This document shows positions 56,276 to 61,120 of a stretch of DNA of 61,120 bases, in pieces. The position numbers and the translations under genes were made by a program. The stretch's first letter is position 1, and the number at the start of each line of letters is the position of its first letter. A model generated the notes under the pieces. The model was not told the DNA's origin and searched no databases. It saw only the letters and a program-made list of their open reading frames with translations. This DNA is from an uncultured Deferribacteres bacterium (GTDB lineage: Bacteria > Zhuqueibacterota > Zhuqueibacteria > Zhuqueibacterales > Geothermadaptataceae): positions 1-61,120 of the forward strand of contig CAXHAT010000014.1 of the NCBI GenBank assembly GCA_964014485.1. Direction: 5' to 3'.

Positions 56276-56956
56276 CTATCGATCGCCTTCATTCAAAATA
56301 ATTTGAGAATATTCGTTGCCCCGGCCTGCAGCCATCTGTAAAATTTTTAAGCTCTGCGCACTTTTTCTGCCATAAACGAAATCATAGGCTGCCTCGCCTA
56401 GCCAATAGCCTGAATCAATACCGAGCTCAGCAGCGGTGCTCAGTGCCCATTCGCGTTCCATTGCCGTTAAATTTCGGTAAATTGCTGCGAAGCGCGACAT
56501 TCTGAGAGCATCCTCCTTTCTTTCGACACCTAAATAGCTTCCTTTAAGATCGAGAAAACCTTGAGCGACAATCGCCGCCTCCTCATCTGTATGTCTGCCG
56601 CGGATCAGCAGCACACGTCTTTTGTTGGATTCTTTCTGTTTCTCAGGTGTTGAGGCGTTATGTACCCGCCTATGCGTTGGAAACCGTTGCACTTGCGTGA
56701 TGTACCACTGCTCAATTTTGGCAGGATTTTGGGGATCGGTCTGCATCATCTTCTCAAGTCTTTTTTTAACCACACGAATCGAAGAACCTTCTTTTGTAAA
56801 AACGTTCTCTTTTTCTGCTGCCGGGCTTTTCATTTTTAACCAGATCCAGAAAAAAGTAGCAATCAAACCCAGACATCCGGCCATAATAAGATAAATAATC
56901 ATGAAGATAGTCCTTATAAAAATGGACAATAGATCGAATGAGCCAAAACCAATCAA
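56276..56956 (-). CDS. Hypothetical membrane-anchored protein with Sel1-like C-terminal helices
   Basis: N-terminal TM helix. LSTAAELG..SGYWLG and LQMAAGRGN motifs. Start uncertain. Confidence 0.6.
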   Translation of the reverse strand: MIGFGSFDLLSIFIRTIFMIIYLIMAGCLGLIATFFWIWLKMKSPAAEKENVFTKEGSSIRVVKKRLEKMMQTDPQNPAKIEQWYITQVQRFPTHRRVHNASTPEKQKESNKRRVLLIRGRHTDEEAAIVAQGFLDLKGSYLGVERKEDALRMSRFAAIYRNLTAMEREWALSTAAELGIDSGYWLGEAAYDFVYGRKSAQSLKILQMAAGRGNEYSQIILNEGDR

Positions 56957-57304
56957 CCTGGATAGATCGAAACGCCTGCTCTGAGACTTGCGGTCGAGGC
57001 GCTCTGTCTGTGGCTATGCCGCAATCTAACCGTACCTGCCTGCGCAACTACTGAAGTGTGGTATCATTTAGGAGAAATATCTGCATAAAGCTCCTATCAA
57101 GATCGATGCTATCGCCCTGATCATTGTGCAATGTGACATCCTTGAAATTTACCCTCATACAGTTTTCCTTTTTCACAGTCATGCCGAGTCGCTACGACGA
57201 ATCATCAATAATTTTAAAAAATTAGCAGAACGATATCAGATTTTGAGAGAGCACAGACATGCTTGGTAAGTCGTTTTTATTCATCATTTACCAAGGAGTG
57301 TCAA

Positions 57305-57967
57305 ATGTTAAGCAAACCCAAACTTTTCAGTGCTGATAGGAATCATGCTATTACAACAGCTGAAGCAAATTCATTTCGGCAAAATTTTCGCGAGTATTTC
57401 AAGTCATTCTCTTGTTCCTTTGTTTTCTTCGCACGGGAAGCTCTCGAGGAACTTCTGGCCCAGCCTTATGCAATCGGTTTTCGCTATTATTACTCTAACC
57501 CTTTGGGCGATGCCCTCGTGTTGGTTCCAACAGCTGCTGATGGAAATGATTTACTTAATGAGCAATGCGTGAAGGCATCAATGCCAAAGATTCCCTTGAC
57601 TGCCCTTGGTGAATATGACCCCAACCAAGTATCGCATTCGATTACCCCGTCTAAAGCTGCTGTGGGTACTTCAATGTACCAAAATGTCCGTCCGAAAAAT
57701 CAGCCAATCGCCGGTTTTTACGGGAAGAATATTGTTCGGAAAATTCTTCAACAGTTGGATTGTCAAGGCATTAGCTTCTATTTTGGCGCATCCTGTAGAG
57801 GCAAACGTGTAACGGTTCTCGTAGGAATCGATTCGTGTGGGCGGGCCATGTGGCACGGTTCTCTGGCTGAAATGTCGGCCATCTGTCCGCCGTATTGCCC
57901 CACAGAAAAACACTTATTGAACTACTCAATGATAGAGAAGTCCAAAATTCAAGAGATAGCAGGATGA
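57305..57967 (+). CDS. Hypothetical protein with a tandem internal duplication and a C-terminal CPPxC motif
   Basis: Repeats HAITTAEA...LLAQ...GFRYYY...LVLV and HSITPSKA...ILQQ...GISFYFG...TVLV. Ends EMSAICPPYCP. AAGGAG RBS. Confidence 0.75.
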   Translation: MLSKPKLFSADRNHAITTAEANSFRQNFREYFKSFSCSFVFFAREALEELLAQPYAIGFRYYYSNPLGDALVLVPTAADGNDLLNEQCVKASMPKIPLTALGEYDPNQVSHSITPSKAAVGTSMYQNVRPKNQPIAGFYGKNIVRKILQQLDCQGISFYFGASCRGKRVTVLVGIDSCGRAMWHGSLAEMSAICPPYCPTEKHLLNYSMIEKSKIQEIAG

Positions 57968-58224
57968 TACAATAGCAAAACCGCAAACCAGAACTCCATG
58001 GCTCTGAGTGAATCTCGAGCCGTGGATCTTCCTTGATTATTTCTGATTTAGCAAATCCTGAATCCATCTTTTGTAATCAAGATTGAGTTATACTTTTTTC
58101 ATTGAACTTGTGAATTCTCAACTTTTATTTTGTATTTCTCGTTGAGATTATTGGAAGTGCAGATAATGCTTCATATATAACAACTCAAGGACTCCTGTTC
58201 TCAATCCTTGTAAGTATTTTGTCT

Positions 58225-58875
58225 ATGAAAACTCCAATTTGGATACATATATCAACTCTCTCAACGATTATTCCCTTCGCTGCTAGCACTTTCGTGTATT
58301 CACGCCTAAAGTGCTTTGCTGGCTGGCGCATTCTATGGCTATTTTTCAGTGTAGCTGCAATGACAGAAGTGGTAGTATATGTTTTACATACTCAAAGTAT
58401 TCAGAATGCTTGGTTAATACATTTTTACACACCAATCGAATGCTTCCTATTGTTGTTGGTTCTGTCCAAGTGGCAGCTTCACCGACGGACTCAACTGCTT
58501 TATAAGACCGCAATGATAACCTATGCGATAGTCTATGCTATTTTGAAGCTATTAAGCGTAGAATCATTTGAGCCAGATAGCATCAACTTTGTTACGCGTC
58601 CGCTTGCACTTCTGCTAATAAGTGCAGCGGCATGTTACACGCTGAACAATTGGGCTTTAACTAAGAAGCAACTCGGCAAGCAGCCAGAGTATTGGGTATT
58701 ACTCGCTATTTTGTCCTACTACCTTGGATCTGTCATATTAGTCGCATTCATGTATACAAAGACTCCTGACCTACTTCTCAAGCTTTTTGACTCTCACACG
58801 TTTCTTAACATTCTACACAATATTCTCTTCACTATCGGCGTGCTAATGTTCGCTCGGCAGACATCACCCAAATAG
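58225..58875 (+). CDS. Polytopic (~7 TM) membrane protein
   Basis: Uniformly hydrophobic, with NAWLIHFYTPIE and PEYWVLLAILSYY motifs. Confidence 0.75.
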   Translation: MKTPIWIHISTLSTIIPFAASTFVYSRLKCFAGWRILWLFFSVAAMTEVVVYVLHTQSIQNAWLIHFYTPIECFLLLLVLSKWQLHRRTQLLYKTAMITYAIVYAILKLLSVESFEPDSINFVTRPLALLLISAAACYTLNNWALTKKQLGKQPEYWVLLAILSYYLGSVILVAFMYTKTPDLLLKLFDSHTFLNILHNILFTIGVLMFARQTSPK

Positions 58876-58889
58876 GATGGCCGTCTTGC

Positions 58890-59558
58890 TCACTCATCTA
58901 AATGGATAATCCCTTCCTTCAGTGCAAACTTTGTCAGCGAAGCATCGCTAAAGATTCTGAGTTTTGACTTCATATTACTTTTATGTCTATCAACGGTTTT
59001 CCGACTGATCTTAAGTCGCTCGGCGATTTCATTTGGATTCTCTCCAAGTGCGGTGAAGCGAAGAATCTGCACTTCTCGCTCTGTGAGCTTGCTTCTTTGT
59101 AATTCCTCAGGATTTTGTTGCGAATCGACATAATCTTCCAAGACTACGCGGTTAGCCTCTTCGCTGAAGTAAATCCCGTCGTCTCTGACTGAATGGATAG
59201 CTTTCACCAACTCCATTTCCGTACACCCCTTAAACAGATATCCTTTTGCGCCCGCATTAAGCATACCTTTAACATATGCGAGATCTTCTACAACCGAAAG
59301 TGCGATAATCTTTATGTCGTGTCCCAAAGCGGAAATCTCTCGCGTCGCTTTTATACCACTGATCTCACTCCTGCGTAACATAACATCCATGACTACAACA
59401 TCTGGAACCAGGTCTTTGGCGAGCTTTATCGCATCCTCGCCGGTAGAAGCTTCACCAATCACTTCAATATTAATGTTTGATCGTTCCAATAATGCCCGCA
59501 GGCTTGAACGAACGATATTTTGGTCTTCAACTATTAAAACTCTAATTTTCAATTCCAT
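58890..59558 (-). CDS. NarL/LuxR-family response regulator
   Basis: VLIVED, PDVVVMDV, GAKGYLFK receiver motifs. LTEREVQIL...IAERLKISRKTVDRH HTH. Confidence 0.95.
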   Translation of the reverse strand: MELKIRVLIVEDQNIVRSSLRALLERSNINIEVIGEASTGEDAIKLAKDLVPDVVVMDVMLRRSEISGIKATREISALGHDIKIIALSVVEDLAYVKGMLNAGAKGYLFKGCTEMELVKAIHSVRDDGIYFSEEANRVVLEDYVDSQQNPEELQRSKLTEREVQILRFTALGENPNEIAERLKISRKTVDRHKSNMKSKLRIFSDASLTKFALKEGIIHLDE

Positions 59559-60687
59559 CCTGCAGATTTATTATTGGAACCCGAAGTATAACTTGACATC
59601 CCCTTCCAGAAACTGCGCCTATCGACAGGTCTCCACCATAGTATTCAGCTTGGCTTTTTATATTAAAAAGTCCGAAACCACCTTCGGCATTAAGAACAGG
59701 TCGAACTTGATAGCCAATTCCGTCGTCGATGACACTTACCTGAAATACATTATCATGACACTGCAATTTGATCCAGATTTTACTCCCCTGTGAATGTTTC
59801 ACTACATTGAGCAAGAACTCTCGAATTGCTTTGTATACAAACACCGAGAGATCTGAGTGTAGCTCTAATTCCAAAGTGTCATCTAACACACGCACATCGA
59901 GATTATGTTGTTTGCTGAAACTGGTTGCCAGCGACTCAACAGCAATACTTAAACCGATATCATAGAGGGCAGGCGGAATCAATTCAAAAAGTAATGAACG
60001 TGTACGTTTGATAAACTCATTGACCGTCACAGACAATTTGTCTAGAGCATCAGTCTTTTCAAGCGGAGATAGCTGTTCTCGTAACTCACTGATTTGTCGC
60101 ATACTCAGAATCGAGATTTCTGCAAGGCTATCGTGAAGCTCTTCGCCTATACGTCTCCGCTCTCTTTGCTCAGTTGCGGATAGTCTTGCGCTAAGAGCTT
60201 TCAATTTTGCTTGTGCATCAGTCAGCGCGGTTACGTCTAATCCTGAAGCTATTGTTATAGCACGCGTTGTCGTGCTATTTTTCTCGAAGTGTTTAATTTG
60301 CCATTGGATTGTTCTAATACTACCGTCATCTAAGCGAATTCTTTCTGTGGTACTAAGGGGTCTTCGCCCAACGTGTCCTAGGACATCTTCTCCCCCTTTG
60401 AGAATTTCCGGCAAAAATGGCAATTCGTCAATTCGCTTACCTATAGCATCTTTGCTGGAATACCCGTGCAGTAATTCGCTGCCTTTATTAAAATTAATTA
60501 CCCGGCTATTTGCAAATACGATTAGGCACGCCGGGGAGAGTGATACAACCTTTGCAAGAAATCCTTCGGTTTCTCGAAGTTTGCTACTTGAGAACAGCAA
60601 GTAGAGTGCGTACGATATCACAAGGATTAAGATCGCGAGAAGGCAGAAGCCAACCGCAATAAAAAAATCTTTCGATCCATTGGTCAT
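59542..60687 (-). CDS. PAS-domain sensor histidine kinase (HisKA_3 type)
   Basis: N-terminal TM helix, PAS domain (FNKGSELLHGYS), ERRRIGEELHD H-box, EFLLNVVKHS, DDGIG and GFGL. Confidence 0.92.
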   Translation of the reverse strand: MTNGSKDFFIAVGFCLLAILILVISYALYLLFSSSKLRETEGFLAKVVSLSPACLIVFANSRVINFNKGSELLHGYSSKDAIGKRIDELPFLPEILKGGEDVLGHVGRRPLSTTERIRLDDGSIRTIQWQIKHFEKNSTTTRAITIASGLDVTALTDAQAKLKALSARLSATEQRERRRIGEELHDSLAEISILSMRQISELREQLSPLEKTDALDKLSVTVNEFIKRTRSLLFELIPPALYDIGLSIAVESLATSFSKQHNLDVRVLDDTLELELHSDLSVFVYKAIREFLLNVVKHSQGSKIWIKLQCHDNVFQVSVIDDGIGYQVRPVLNAEGGFGLFNIKSQAEYYGGDLSIGAVSGRGCQVILRVPIINLQDGIEN

Positions 60688-60772
60688 GGCACGCCCTCTG
60701 CCAATCGAAACGTGTTACATCTTTTGTGCTGCTTCAGCATGAATCAACAAGCTCTTAAAAGTATAAAAAAAT

Positions 60773-61120
60773 GGCTCTATATGAATTTGTGTGGGTAATT
60801 TCGTATTGTCTTCAAATTTTCGGATTCTGATTTAATTCGTATGGTTAGCTTGATGAACAGTGAACGGTTATTCGAATTGGCTCTTGGGCTGGCTTCTCCC
60901 TGGCTCATCTCCTCTGTTGCTTTTGTCGAAAAAGACGACGGGCGTTCTCAACTTGAGATCGAACTGTCCTTTACACGCGGGGCGAAGTTTAAAGACGTTT
61001 CCGGAGTTCTTTGTCCGGTGCATGATACAATAGAGCGAGAATGGCAACACCTGGATTTTTTTCAGCACCGTTGCATTCTCCGGGCGCGCGTTCCTCGTAT
61101 TCGAACCAGCGCCGGCAAAG
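60773..61120 (+). mobile_element. ISL3-family insertion sequence, left end; truncated by the window
   Basis: Begins GGCTCT (typical ISL3 terminus) after an A-rich target, followed by a transposase ORF. Confidence 0.8.
60853..61120 (+). CDS. ISL3-family transposase, N-terminal part
   Basis: Manual translation MNSERLFELALGLASPWLI...VHDTIEREWQHLDFFQHRCILRARVPRI, a typical ISL3 N-terminus. Not in the ORF track because there is no stop in the window. Confidence 0.88.
   Translation, partial: MNSERLFELALGLASPWLISSVAFVEKDDGRSQLEIELSFTRGAKFKDVSGVLCPVHDTIEREWQHLDFFQHRCILRARVPRIRTSAGK

Noticed and set aside
1..61120. CRISPR array, rRNA, tRNA or att site
   Set aside because: I found no regularly spaced direct repeats and no cloverleaf or rRNA-like sequence by eye.

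Overview
Bacterial DNA, probably from an FCB-superphylum lineage such as KSB1 or Calditrichota (inferred from two secreted proteins ending in a QNYPNPFNP sorting domain). Four zones. (1) 1-2 kb: the edge of an SOS-mutagenesis-type cassette (ImuB-like) and a frameshifted secreted nuclease. (2) ~2-16 kb: an integrative/mobilisable-element-like backbone with XRE regulators, a candidate sRNA, tandem DUF2958, a Rep-like protein, RuvC, a PIN toxin-antitoxin pair, a VirD4-like ATPase, a DarB-like methylase-SNF2 fusion and a degenerate RecB-family nuclease. No integrase or relaxase is visible. (3) 16-23 kb: cargo, including a beta-propeller gene split by a 172-bp MITE and a perfect 48-bp palindrome. 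(4) ~23-57 kb, the main result: a ~33-kb co-directional, largely translationally coupled minus-strand cluster. Its order is membrane protein, Zn-ribbon GTPase, probable pseudo-GTPase, GAP1-N2 protein, Clp AAA+ with a dead first ring, Ser/Thr kinase, giant helical protein, HPD-less J-like protein, GrpE, Hsp70, Zn-ribbon/TPR protein, ZorA/ZorB-like motor, three tandem Hsp90/HtpG paralogues (the third lacks the ATPase domain), CHAT caspase-FGE fusion, putative sigma-like protein and zf-HC2 anti-sigma. I read this as a candidate undescribed chaperone-based conflict/anti-phage signalling system. The window ends with a four-gene CPPxC-protein/membrane protein/NarL/PAS-kinase module and the start of an ISL3 element. 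All family calls come from motif recognition by eye; no database searches were run.
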